Part shown: positions 35,850 through 44,492 of the stretch, one piece after another
Layout: the number at the start of each line of letters is the position of its first letter
How positions within the stretch are numbered: position 1 is the stretch's first letter
The notes under the pieces: generated by a model
Databases searched by the model: none
Told to the model about the DNA's origin: nothing
Seen by the model: the letters and a program-made list of their open reading frames with translations, nothing else
Source: Minisyncoccota bacterium
GTDB taxonomy: Bacteria; Patescibacteriota; Minisyncoccia; Phycocordibacterales; CALRHW01
Reading direction: 5' to 3'
Assembly: GCA_046350795.1 (NCBI GenBank)
Contig: JAXLZT010000002.1
Coordinates: forward strand, 24,293-88,292
Length of the DNA stretch: 64,000 nucleotides
Program-made: the position numbers and the translations under genes

Positions 35850-38450
35850 TTATATAACACTTCCGGAAGTGCCCCATTGTGAAAGAAGTATTGAGAAATC
35901 AACAGAGTTGACTGTGCTGTCTTGATTTATATCTACACATTCGTTTTGAAATGGCGCTATATTTTTCCAAAAAGCAAGCAAGATAGAGAAATCTACAGAG
36001 TTTACTATGTTGTCGGAGTTGAAATCTGCACCTTTACATGAGCCGGTATTACCTGATGATGAACTTCCGCCACCACTACTTCCGCCGCCACCACCGCCAC
36101 CGCCGGAGCTACCACCCCCACTGACTGTGAATGTTCTAGATGATCCTGAAGAATCTGTACCGAAGTACACTATGAGTTTGAAATAATAATCTCCTGCAGA
36201 ATCAACTGTCGCTGTAAGGTTTGTATTCCAATCTTCTCCTGGGTTTATAAATTTAGCACCTGTTGCGTGATATTCATCGTCTCCACCGCCACAAGAGTTT
36301 GATGCGCTAGATACAACGCACCATTCGTATTGGTATTCATATCCAGCTAGACCTTCGTTTGTAATTGTTACGTTTGCGCTGATATCAGAGACTGAGTTTG
36401 CTGTAACACTATTTATAATTACCTGAGCAGGGGAGCCAGCTACTAGCCAGTAATCGTTGTTTGTAAGTGTTTTACCACTTTCAACTTGTGTACTTATAAC
36501 ACTTTCCCATACGCCCTGAGTCGCACCAGAGGCTACAGAATATGTGTATTCATATATACCGGTTCCTACAGATGACATCGCAACATTTGATACTGTTACA
36601 TTTCTGAGAGGATCGTAAAGTGTGATTGTTGGTGTAGCAAATGGGGAAGTAGGAACACTGTTGTTATTTCTGATTTCAATTCTAGCTCTGTATGTTTCGC
36701 CAGCTTGAACTTCGTTGAAGTCTGACATTACTGTTGTCCAGCCAGAGCTTCCGCCGATTGCGCTTATCGCTGAAGCAAGAGATGTACTAGCAGTTAAAAC
36801 GCTACTATTTGTATTACTATTCACAGCACTTGTACCAGCTGTGATCGCTGAAGCCAAACTACTTGTCGCTGTCTGTACGTCAGACAATGTTGCGAGACTT
36901 CCGCTTGTGAGTGCTCCGCTTGTTAGAGTACGTACAGAGTTTGACCAGACATCAGACGCAAGTGTGCCGAAAGAGGTGAGTGTTCTACCACTATATGACC
37001 AAATCACTGCAGGAATTGTTGCAAACAAGCTTGATGAAGCTGTTGCGATCTCTGCGTCAGTGTTTGCGTTTACATCAGTCACTATATTCGCTGTCGCACT
37101 ATTGGTATTTGCGTTGATTACAGCAGCCAAACTAGATGTAGCTGTTGTCACCACTGAGCTTGTGTTGCTGTTTACAGCACTTGTACCAGCTGTGATCGCT
37201 GAAGCCAAACTACTTGTCGCTGTCTGTACGTCAGAAAGTGTTGCGAGAGAGCCAGATGTGAGCGCTCCACTTGTTAGAGTACGTACAGAATTTGACCAGA
37301 CACTAGATGTCACATCAGCTACGAGCGTACCAAAAGATGTAAGTGTTCTTCCGCTATATGACCAGATTGTTGCGGGAAGTGTAGCGAATAGAGATGATGA
37401 GGCCGTTGCAATCTCAGCATCAGTGTTTGCATTTACGTCAGTTACTATGTTTGCAGTAGCGCTGTTTGTGTTCGCATTAATAACCGCGGCTAGACTAGAT
37501 GAAGCTGTTGCAACCCTTGAGTCAGTGTTTGAGTTTACGACAGCAGCCAAACTACTTGTCGCTGTCTGTACGTCAGACAATGTTGCGAGACTTCCGCTTG
37601 TGAGTGCTCCGCTTGTTAGAGTACGTACAGAGTTTGACCAGACATCAGACGCAAGTGTGCCGAAAGAGGTGAGTGTTCTACCACTATATGACCAAATCAC
37701 TGCAGGAATTGTTGCAAACAAGCTTGATGAAGCTGTTGCGATCTCTGCGTCAGTGTTTGCGTTTACATCAGTCACCATATTCGCTGTCGCACTATTGGTA
37801 TTTGCGTTGATTACAGCAGCCAAACTAGATGTAGCTGTTGTCACCACTGAGCTTGTGTTGCTGTTTACAGCACTTGTACCAGCTGTGATCGCTGAAGCCA
37901 AACTACTTGTCGCTGTCTGTACGTCAGAAAGTGTTGCGAGAGAGCCAGATGTGAGCGCTCCACTTGTTAGAGTACGTACAGAATTTGACCAGACATCAGA
38001 AACTAAGCTACCAAAGGAGCTAAGTGTACGAGTAGTACTGTTCCAAACAGCATTCGCTATGGTACTTGTAGCAGCTATTGTCGCTCCGACTGTAAAGGTT
38101 TTATTTACTTTCACTAAATCACCGTTAGAAATGTTCCCACACGTCATATAAGTAGGCCAATTGCCCTCACTTTCTCCAGCACCAATAGAAAAATTGTAGT
38201 ATGTCCAACCATTTGCATTGGCTGTCATTGCACCAGCGTTTAATTTTACGCTTCCAGAAGGATCGTAGATAGTCAGAGTACAGCCAGCAGTAGTTGTTGC
38301 TACAAAATCATCATCATAAACAAACTCACCTATAGTAATAGTGTCACCAAGAGAAGCTCTTTGATAGTCCGCTTTTGCTGTATTTGAAAAAGACAAAAAC
38401 AACCCAAAAAATAAAATGCAAAATGCAAAAAAGGGTAGTGTTTTTTTCAT
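35850..38450 (-). CDS. Large secreted dockerin-containing repeat protein (start set at MKKTLPFFAF)
   Basis: Signal peptide. Four or more ~110-aa tandem repeats (WSNSVRTLTSGALTSGSLATLSDVQTATSSLA...NANTDAEIATASSSLFAT). A Gly/Ser linker. A C-terminal type-I dockerin pair (DFNSDNIVNSVDFSILLAFW, DINQDSTVNSVDFSILLSQW) with canonical Ca-loop positions 1,3,5,9,12. Confidence 0.7.
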   Translation of the reverse strand: MKKTLPFFAFCILFFGLFLSFSNTAKADYQRASLGDTITIGEFVYDDDFVATTTAGCTLTIYDPSGSVKLNAGAMTANANGWTYYNFSIGAGESEGNWPTYMTCGNISNGDLVKVNKTFTVGATIAATSTIANAVWNSTTRTLSSFGSLVSDVWSNSVRTLTSGALTSGSLATLSDVQTATSSLASAITAGTSAVNSNTSSVVTTATSSLAAVINANTNSATANMVTDVNANTDAEIATASSSLFATIPAVIWSYSGRTLTSFGTLASDVWSNSVRTLTSGALTSGSLATLSDVQTATSSLAAVVNSNTDSRVATASSSLAAVINANTNSATANIVTDVNANTDAEIATASSSLFATLPATIWSYSGRTLTSFGTLVADVTSSVWSNSVRTLTSGALTSGSLATLSDVQTATSSLASAITAGTSAVNSNTSSVVTTATSSLAAVINANTNSATANIVTDVNANTDAEIATASSSLFATIPAVIWSYSGRTLTSFGTLASDVWSNSVRTLTSGALTSGSLATLSDVQTATSSLASAITAGTSAVNSNTNSSVLTASTSLASAISAIGGSSGWTTVMSDFNEVQAGETYRARIEIRNNNSVPTSPFATPTITLYDPLRNVTVSNVAMSSVGTGIYEYTYSVASGATQGVWESVISTQVESGKTLTNNDYWLVAGSPAQVIINSVTANSVSDISANVTITNEGLAGYEYQYEWCVVSSASNSCGGGDDEYHATGAKFINPGEDWNTNLTATVDSAGDYYFKLIVYFGTDSSGSSRTFTVSGGGSSGGGGGGGGSSGGGSSSSGNTGSCKGADFNSDNIVNSVDFSILLAFWKNIAPFQNECVDINQDSTVNSVDFSILLSQWGTSGSVI
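36830..38000. repeat. Near-identical tandem DNA repeats (about 690 bp x2, each containing about 330-bp sub-repeats) inside the dockerin protein gene
   Basis: Blocks such as TCAGACAATGTTGCGAGACTTCCGCTTGTGAGTGCTCCGCTTGTTAGAGTACGTACAGAGTTTGACCAGACATCAGACGCAAGTGTGCC recur verbatim near 36880 and 37570. The shadow ORF 36715..38151 repeats identical peptide blocks. Confidence 0.7.
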
Positions 38451-38541
38451 GAGAATATTTGATTCAATAATATTTGATTCAAACTGATTAGTAAAGAAAT
38501 ATATCCACAGATTTTTCATTTATTTGTTCAAATAACATGTT

Positions 38542-39153
38542 ATGATATTTATAGTTTTTATGTTTTCCTTTGCACCAAATAAATTTTCTTTTCGTTTAAT
38601 TAGGAAAGGAAAAATAAAAAAAGAAAACGGTGAAAGTGTACCGGCTATTGGCGATTTCGATAAGCGCCTTTTCTTGAAAGTACTTGGTACAGCTGGAGTA
38701 GGTGTGTTTGCTGCAACAATGTTTCCCAAGAAAGCAGACGCTCTCATCATGGGAAGCACTCCTTCTTCTAGTGTTGTTGGGTTAAAAGATGATTCAAATA
38801 CTCGTATAAATCCAGCCACAGAAGAAAGTTTGCAGAGTTTGCTAAGCGGTCAGGGGGTAAACAAAATCACAACAAGCCTGAGCTCGTCTGGCACGGTGGT
38901 TACACCATCTTCTGGTAAAAAGTTGCGTATATATAGTACACGTTTTTCTTTGAGTGCTGATGCCACTTATGTTTCTTTCCGTTTTACATCTGGTGGCACA
39001 GATAAAGAAAAATATATTTCACCAAAAACTGGTGGTTTGTATGGTTCCAACAACCATCCCAACTATATAGAAGGTGGTGTGAATGAAGTTTTTTATTGCG
39101 CTATCAGTGGTACGACTACTGTGCAGATAAATGTGGATTATTTAGAAGTATAA
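38542..39153 (+). CDS. Secreted protein with Tat-like signal (KRLFLK + hydrophobic core + ADA), unknown function
   Basis: DKRLFLKVLGTAGVGVFAATMFPKKADALI resembles a twin-arginine (here K-R) signal peptide with an AxA cleavage site. The start codon is uncertain (no in-frame ATG nearby). Confidence 0.4.
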   Translation: MIFIVFMFSFAPNKFSFRLIRKGKIKKENGESVPAIGDFDKRLFLKVLGTAGVGVFAATMFPKKADALIMGSTPSSSVVGLKDDSNTRINPATEESLQSLLSGQGVNKITTSLSSSGTVVTPSSGKKLRIYSTRFSLSADATYVSFRFTSGGTDKEKYISPKTGGLYGSNNHPNYIEGGVNEVFYCAISGTTTVQINVDYLEV

Positions 39154-39174
39154 TAGTGTATAATTAAAAAAATT

Positions 39175-41835
39175 ATGGCGAAAAGAGCGATAGAACATTT
39201 ATTTACCGGCACGACAACACCGTATTCCGTCTATGATTCTACAAAAACAGTTTTGGGTGACTTGATTCAGCAATACACAGGCGCGACTTCAACAGACAAA
39301 TTTGCCGGACCAACAAAAATCGGTGTCGCTAGACCCAACGAAACCGGTACAGCTATACCAGCTATTTATCCACACGTTATTTCTTGGGCTGATAAGAGAG
39401 GTTATTATAGCACTGGTACTGTATCTGCTTCAGGCACCTCTGTAACAGGTAGTGGTACATCATGGATTTCAAACGGTGTACCAATCGGTGCGCAAATTGG
39501 TTTTGGCAGTACAGATCCAGGGTCAATCACAACCTGGTATACCATAAGCACTGTTCCTTCAAATACTTCTATTACAATATCCTCTTCTGCTGGCACAATA
39601 GCTGGCGGAACATCTTACGTTATAAATAAAGAATTACAAAAAGATTGGGTATTTTTGGCTGACAACGCCACAGCGGCTGCCACTCGTCGTATTACTTGTT
39701 TTGAATACAATAGATCGACATCACTTTTTTCTTGGAGAGGTTTTATTACCATTACATATCCTTCTGGAGGAGGTAATCAAACCATCAGAGGTATGCGTGT
39801 GATATATGACACATACACCACAGGAACAGTCGGTGTTTCTGGTGCTACGGTGACAGGTAGCGGTACTACTTGGTCTGCTGATCGTATTGCCATTGGTTCA
39901 AGAATTGGTTTTGGTAGTACAGATCCCACTCAAATATCTACTTGGTATTATATAAATGCCGTCGGTGGCGATACTTCTATTACTATTCAAACAAACGTTA
40001 CTGCCAGTGGTACTGGAGGTACTGCTGCAAACATTTCCATAGCTTCAAGCACTGCTTATGTTATAGAAGATTTAAAGGTGCTGACAGCCACCACTGCTGT
40101 GGTGGTTGCTGCTGGAGGTTTGGCGGTGGTAAATGGTCTCTCTTATGATGATTTTGCTGTTGGAGGTACTACTATCGCTGCCGCGACTACAGTAGACAAA
40201 ACAAAAGCTGTATATTGTTTGGTTGATTTGGACTCTCTATATTCTACTGGTACCGTAACAGTGCCTTCTTCTACTACAGTTACAGGAAGCGGTACTTCTT
40301 GGGCAGCTGCAACACACTTGGGTTGTATGATTGGTTTTGGATCTACAAATCCAGCTTCTATTACTACTTGGTATACTATTACGGCGGTTGGTTCTACTAC
40401 ATCACTCACCATTTCTTCTGCAGCAACAGTTTCTGGAGGTACTGCGTATGTGATAGTGGGTGGAAACGGTATTTCTGGTGGTTTGGCTATTGATGATAGA
40501 GTGAGTTGGACTGAACAACATGCATATATTATTGAGGTCCAGGCTGGTACGACACCTCAGGTATATAAATACAATTTTCGTGCAAATTTAAACACATTAG
40601 GAAACGTGGCAGCAGGTAAGTCGGCTTGTGGCTGGATGCTTACTACTGGTACACAGACTGTTACAGGTACAGTTTCTCAGACAAACAACGGAAGAATAGG
40701 AACTTTGTCCCACGGTCCAGGATCTGGTGTTAAATGTTTATATTTTGCTGCCACAACTCGTATTCATAGGGCACCCCTTTCTGCTATTGTTCAGGGAAGC
40801 TCAACGTGGGTATCTGATTCTATGACCGAAATACCTACTGGAGGTACTGGTACATATACCGCTTCGAGTCTTATGACATCTGTAGAAATTGCTGATCAAA
40901 TAGACAGACTTATTATCACATCTACAGGTGCTGGAGGTACTACAGCTCACCATCGTGCTTATATTACAAAGTATGATTCTTCTGGTTCTTATGTTTTTGA
41001 TCACATATTTTTGACAGATAGTGCCCAGCAAGATCAATCTACAGCAGATTCTGATTCTACACCTCATCCAAATCCTCAGGGTGCTGCTTTGTCTGTATGG
41101 TCACAGGGAGGATTGGTATATATGGCACGTACTGGTACAGCTTCTACTACAAACATAATGTATTCAGTACCACTTGGTGCTGATTGGCAGTATGCTGACG
41201 GGACGGTAAAACAAAGACTTGTTACACCTGAGCTTTCTACCACAAACGCTACAAAACTTTCTCGTGTGTATATCAACGATGTCGGATATTTGGGATCAGG
41301 TGGTCTCACTATGCCTACAGAGCCGATTCGTATTTATTATAGAACTACTGGAATAGATGATGATTCTGGAACTTGGACACTAGTAGATCAGACGGGGGAT
41401 TTGGCAGAAGCAACACCAGCATCTACTGTACAATTTGCTATAGAGTTTAGATTAATTGGTGCCACATGTATACCAAATAGAGTTTTCAATTTGTGTTGTA
41501 CATACGAGGACAATACAACAGACAGTCATTATCAGCCGTCTGTTGCGCAATCTTCGATTACAAGCAAGCGTTTTGCATGGAGATTTTCAACAGCGTTTGG
41601 TGGTACTGTGCCGACTCTCAGAATACGACTATATAATGCAGAGACAGATGGTTTGATTTTGGATGATACAACCACAGCATCTGCTTCTGGAACATTTGAG
41701 AAGTCTACTGATGATGGTCAAAACTGGGGTTCATACAATACAACAGACAAGGGAAATGAAACTACTTACATTCGTTATACACCGACATCTTTGGCTGATG
41801 ATATAAAAGTAAGAGCCCTTTTAACTCAAAACTAA
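39175..41835 (+). CDS. 886-aa protein with three ~70-aa Trp-containing internal repeats; unknown function (surface/fibre-like)
   Basis: Repeats: GTSVTGSGTSWISNGVPIGAQIGFGSTDPGSITTWYTIS; GATVTGSGTTWSADRIAIGSRIGFGSTDPTQISTWYYIN; TTVTGSGTSWAAATHLGCMIGFGSTNPASITTWYTIT. Ser/Thr/Gly-rich with no recognisable catalytic motif. Confidence 0.45.
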   Translation: MAKRAIEHLFTGTTTPYSVYDSTKTVLGDLIQQYTGATSTDKFAGPTKIGVARPNETGTAIPAIYPHVISWADKRGYYSTGTVSASGTSVTGSGTSWISNGVPIGAQIGFGSTDPGSITTWYTISTVPSNTSITISSSAGTIAGGTSYVINKELQKDWVFLADNATAAATRRITCFEYNRSTSLFSWRGFITITYPSGGGNQTIRGMRVIYDTYTTGTVGVSGATVTGSGTTWSADRIAIGSRIGFGSTDPTQISTWYYINAVGGDTSITIQTNVTASGTGGTAANISIASSTAYVIEDLKVLTATTAVVVAAGGLAVVNGLSYDDFAVGGTTIAAATTVDKTKAVYCLVDLDSLYSTGTVTVPSSTTVTGSGTSWAAATHLGCMIGFGSTNPASITTWYTITAVGSTTSLTISSAATVSGGTAYVIVGGNGISGGLAIDDRVSWTEQHAYIIEVQAGTTPQVYKYNFRANLNTLGNVAAGKSACGWMLTTGTQTVTGTVSQTNNGRIGTLSHGPGSGVKCLYFAATTRIHRAPLSAIVQGSSTWVSDSMTEIPTGGTGTYTASSLMTSVEIADQIDRLIITSTGAGGTTAHHRAYITKYDSSGSYVFDHIFLTDSAQQDQSTADSDSTPHPNPQGAALSVWSQGGLVYMARTGTASTTNIMYSVPLGADWQYADGTVKQRLVTPELSTTNATKLSRVYINDVGYLGSGGLTMPTEPIRIYYRTTGIDDDSGTWTLVDQTGDLAEATPASTVQFAIEFRLIGATCIPNRVFNLCCTYEDNTTDSHYQPSVAQSSITSKRFAWRFSTAFGGTVPTLRIRLYNAETDGLILDDTTTASASGTFEKSTDDGQNWGSYNTTDKGNETTYIRYTPTSLADDIKVRALLTQN

Positions 41836-41836
41836 T

Positions 41837-42445
41837 ATGATTCACATAGAAAATAATTCAGAGATTATAGAGAATAAAAATTTAAGAGTCGCTTCTCCTA
41901 CAGGTGATTATGAAGACACTGCTCTTGTAGATTTCTTTGATATTAGTAAGCCGGGTATGGTAGCTGGTTCTTTTCAGGCTCAATATATAAAATATGGCGG
42001 TCTCGTTTATAAATTTAACGAGCCATCAGAGCTCGGTGAAGCTATTTTAAAAGTAGACCCAGAATCTACACATTCAGCGGCATCTTATGTGCGCATGAGC
42101 AAGGAGCTTTTGGCTCAGATGAATGGTGGCACCCTAGATTCTTCTTCTCTTGATCAAATTAGGGTTGAAGAAAAAAATATTGTAGAAGAATCAGAGCCTG
42201 TAATACAAGAGCCAGCAGTACAAGATCCTGTTGTAGAAAAACCAAAAAAGCCAGAAAGGACTCGCAAACCAACACTTTCTTCTATGGACGGCGCTTTGTC
42301 TACTACCACTCCAGTTACCACCACATCATCTGATAACATAATAGAAGATGTCCAGTCTGTGGTAGAAGATGTTACCGTAAAAGCAGAACAAATCTCTAGA
42401 ACAGCAGAAAAAATATCAGATGTTGTAGAACAAATCGTTAGATAA
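41837..42445 (+). CDS. Acidic hypothetical protein with Pro/Glu/Thr-rich low-complexity tail
   Basis: 202 aa. The start overlaps the preceding stop (translational coupling). No motifs recognised. Confidence 0.4.
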   Translation: MIHIENNSEIIENKNLRVASPTGDYEDTALVDFFDISKPGMVAGSFQAQYIKYGGLVYKFNEPSELGEAILKVDPESTHSAASYVRMSKELLAQMNGGTLDSSSLDQIRVEEKNIVEESEPVIQEPAVQDPVVEKPKKPERTRKPTLSSMDGALSTTTPVTTTSSDNIIEDVQSVVEDVTVKAEQISRTAEKISDVVEQIVR

Positions 42446-42449
42446 AAGC

Positions 42450-42629
42450 TATGGCTCTTACAGATGTAAATTTTAATGAGGGTGAGGTGCAAGATTTTTT
42501 ACTGGAAATACCAACCGCTGTTTACTCTGGATCTTTAGAGGATGTCTTGGTGGAAGAGTCAGGTAGTCAAACATTGATGTCTGAGATACCAGAAGCCTCT
42601 GGCGGAAATATCTTCATAATGTCAGAATA
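42450..42629 (+). CDS. Small acidic hypothetical protein (59 aa)
   Basis: An ATG 5 nt after the previous stop and an uninterrupted frame (MALTDVNFNEGEVQDFLLEIPTAVYSGSLEDVLVEESGSQTLMSEIPEASGGNIFIMSE). Confidence 0.3.
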
Positions 42630-42634
42630 GTGGG

Positions 42635-43366
42635 GTGGATGGATTAAAAGAAAATTTTAAAAAGTTTCTACCTTATTTAGAGGATTTACGTAGGAAGCTC
42701 TATTTTTCTACAATATTCTTTCTTGCTGTTTTTATAATAGGTTTTTTCTCTTCTGCTTTTATTATTAAAAGTGTAGTAGATATCTTTAGAATGAGTGGTG
42801 TGGTTATTGCCACTACTTCTCCATTTCAATTTGCAGATGTTGCAATGGATATCGGCTTTTTTTCAGCCATTATTTCAACTCTACCAATAGTGGTTTTTCA
42901 GATTTTCTCTTTTGCTTCTCCGGCACTTACCAATAGAGAGAAAAAATGGTTTTTTCTAGCTGTACCTATTAGTATTATATTTTTTCTGTCAGGATTTTCT
43001 TATGGTTTCTTGATTCTTTATTATTCTTTTGGTCTTTTAGCAAAAATAAATAGCGGTCTTGGTGTGCAAAATATATGGGACGTAAGCTCTTTTTTGTCAC
43101 AGATTTTTATTACGTCATCACTTCTTGGTGTGGTATTTCAATTTCCAATTATACTAACGGCTCTAATAAAAATCGGTATTATTAGTCGAGACTTTTTAAG
43201 TCAAAAGAGGCGCTTTGCTTACTTCTTGGTGTTCGTTCTGGTGTCTTTACTTCCACCTACTGATGGGCTATCATTATTAGCAATGGGATTGCCATTGGTT
43301 TTTTTGTACGAATTTACAATTTTAATTAATATTAAAAAACAACAACATGTTTGGATTAGGAACTAG
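42635..43366 (+). CDS. tatC: Twin-arginine translocase subunit TatC
   Basis: 243 aa and 6 TM helices. The N-terminus LEDLRRKLYFSTIFFLAVFIIGFF is typical of TatC. Confidence 0.7.
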   Translation: MDGLKENFKKFLPYLEDLRRKLYFSTIFFLAVFIIGFFSSAFIIKSVVDIFRMSGVVIATTSPFQFADVAMDIGFFSAIISTLPIVVFQIFSFASPALTNREKKWFFLAVPISIIFFLSGFSYGFLILYYSFGLLAKINSGLGVQNIWDVSSFLSQIFITSSLLGVVFQFPIILTALIKIGIISRDFLSQKRRFAYFLVFVLVSLLPPTDGLSLLAMGLPLVFLYEFTILINIKKQQHVWIRN

Positions 43367-43505
43367 AGAGCTCATAATACTTGCGATAATCTTCATTCTA
43401 CTTTTTGGTGCAAAGAAGATTCCAGAACTTTCAAAGAGTATAGTAGAGGCTATCAGACACATGAGAGGTGCTTTCAAGGATATTGATGAGCCGAAGAAGA
43501 AGTAG
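43347..43505 (+). CDS. tatA: Twin-arginine translocase subunit TatA/E (52 aa; below the ORF-track length cutoff)
   Basis: MFGLGTRELIILAIIFILLFGAKKIPELSKSIVEAIRHMRGAF matches the TatA consensus (MFG.G..ELIII..I.LLFGAKKLPELG...G..IR.F). Overlaps the tatC 3' end. Confidence 0.65.
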   Translation: MFGLGTRELIILAIIFILLFGAKKIPELSKSIVEAIRHMRGAFKDIDEPKKK

Positions 43506-43625
43506 GTAACAACAAAACAAAAGACCTTCTCAGGGTACGGATTTTTTGAAGCTTAAAAAATCCTGAAACGCTCGGCTCGACAGCCTCGCGACCCCCTTCG
43601 AAGGTCTTTTGTTTTGTTTGTTACC
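43505..43625. repeat. Structured intergenic repeat element, copy B (same family as 31855-31955), spanning the whole convergent tatA / pseudouridine-synthase junction
   Basis: 25-bp outer stem (GGTAACAACAAAACAAAAGACCTTC / GAAGGTCTTTTGTTTTGTTTGTTACC). Core GGGTACGGATTTTTTGAAGCTTAAAAAATCCTGAAACGCTCGGCTCGACAGCCTCGCGACCCCC. Internal hairpins change in a compensatory way relative to copy A. Confidence 0.6.
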
Positions 43626-44419
43626 TAAAATCCCAAACCTTTCATAAACACATTGAGTTCTTCTCCTTTTAGCTCGCGGTAGCTACCTTTTGGTAATTTG
43701 CCAAGCTCTAGATTCATGATGCGCACTCGCTCTAGATCTACCACGTCGTTGAAAAGTGCAACGCACATGCGGCGGATCTGATGTTTTTTTCCTTCTGTAA
43801 GTATGATTCTAAACAAGTGATCGTTTATTACTTTTACTTTACAAGGCTTCGTCGTGTAGCTTTCTGTACCTTCTATGCGTACACCAGATTCCATTTTTTC
43901 TTTAAAATTTGCACGCAATTTTTCGCGAGTTTTTACAATGTATTCTTTTTCGTGAATATAGTCAGGGTTTAAAAGTTTGTCTGTGATACGGCCGTCATTG
44001 GTAAGTATTAAAAGTCCGTGTGAGTCCTTGTCGAGTCGGCCGACAGGGAAGACGCCATTTAGTTTTGTAGCACTGAGGACATCTTGCTCACCACGCTGAG
44101 GGGAGTGGGTGATCACTCCAACCGGCTTGTTGTATATGTAGTAGACATATTTTTTTGTTAGACTTCCTCCGCGCACTTCTACTAGATCATTTTCTTGTAC
44201 TTTGTCGCCAAGCACTGCAAGTCGGCCGTTGATATAAACTTTCTTTTTTTCCACGAGTTCATCGCCACCTTTTCGGGTAGCGTATTTTTTCAAAGCTAGA
44301 TATTTATTTATTCTCATTGGAAATTCTGGCTTTAATGGTTCGTTTATTTTGTTTGTTTTAGATGTTTTCATGTTGGCACTATAGCATATAAATAGCACAT
44401 AAATGTTTAAGGACCCCAA
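43625..44419 (-). CDS. rRNA pseudouridine synthase (RsuA/RluB family) with N-terminal S4 domain
   Basis: INKYLALKKYATRKGGDELVEKKKVYINGR (S4-like) and the catalytic-region motif GRLDKDSHGLLILTNDG. Confidence 0.75.
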   Translation of the reverse strand: MGSLNIYVLFICYSANMKTSKTNKINEPLKPEFPMRINKYLALKKYATRKGGDELVEKKKVYINGRLAVLGDKVQENDLVEVRGGSLTKKYVYYIYNKPVGVITHSPQRGEQDVLSATKLNGVFPVGRLDKDSHGLLILTNDGRITDKLLNPDYIHEKEYIVKTREKLRANFKEKMESGVRIEGTESYTTKPCKVKVINDHLFRIILTEGKKHQIRRMCVALFNDVVDLERVRIMNLELGKLPKGSYRELKGEELNVFMKGLGF

Positions 44420-44492
44420 AAATCTCGGGGTCCTGGTGTTGTGATGAGTGTCGACGCACGATCATGATTGAGTGGGTGAGGTGATTGAGTCT

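Noticed and set aside
36050-36125. GC-rich run CCGCCGCCACCACCGCCACCGCCGG as a possible slipped-strand switch
   Set aside because: It encodes a Gly-rich linker (GGGGGGGSSGGG) before the dockerin and is an imperfect repeat. It is not a clean SSR.
36715-38151. 478-aa plus-strand ORF with perfect internal repeats
   Set aside because: It is a shadow reading frame of the tandem DNA repeats inside the minus-strand dockerin protein gene. The composition is Ala/Val/Leu-rich and non-protein-like, and the minus-strand frame has the signal peptide and dockerin.
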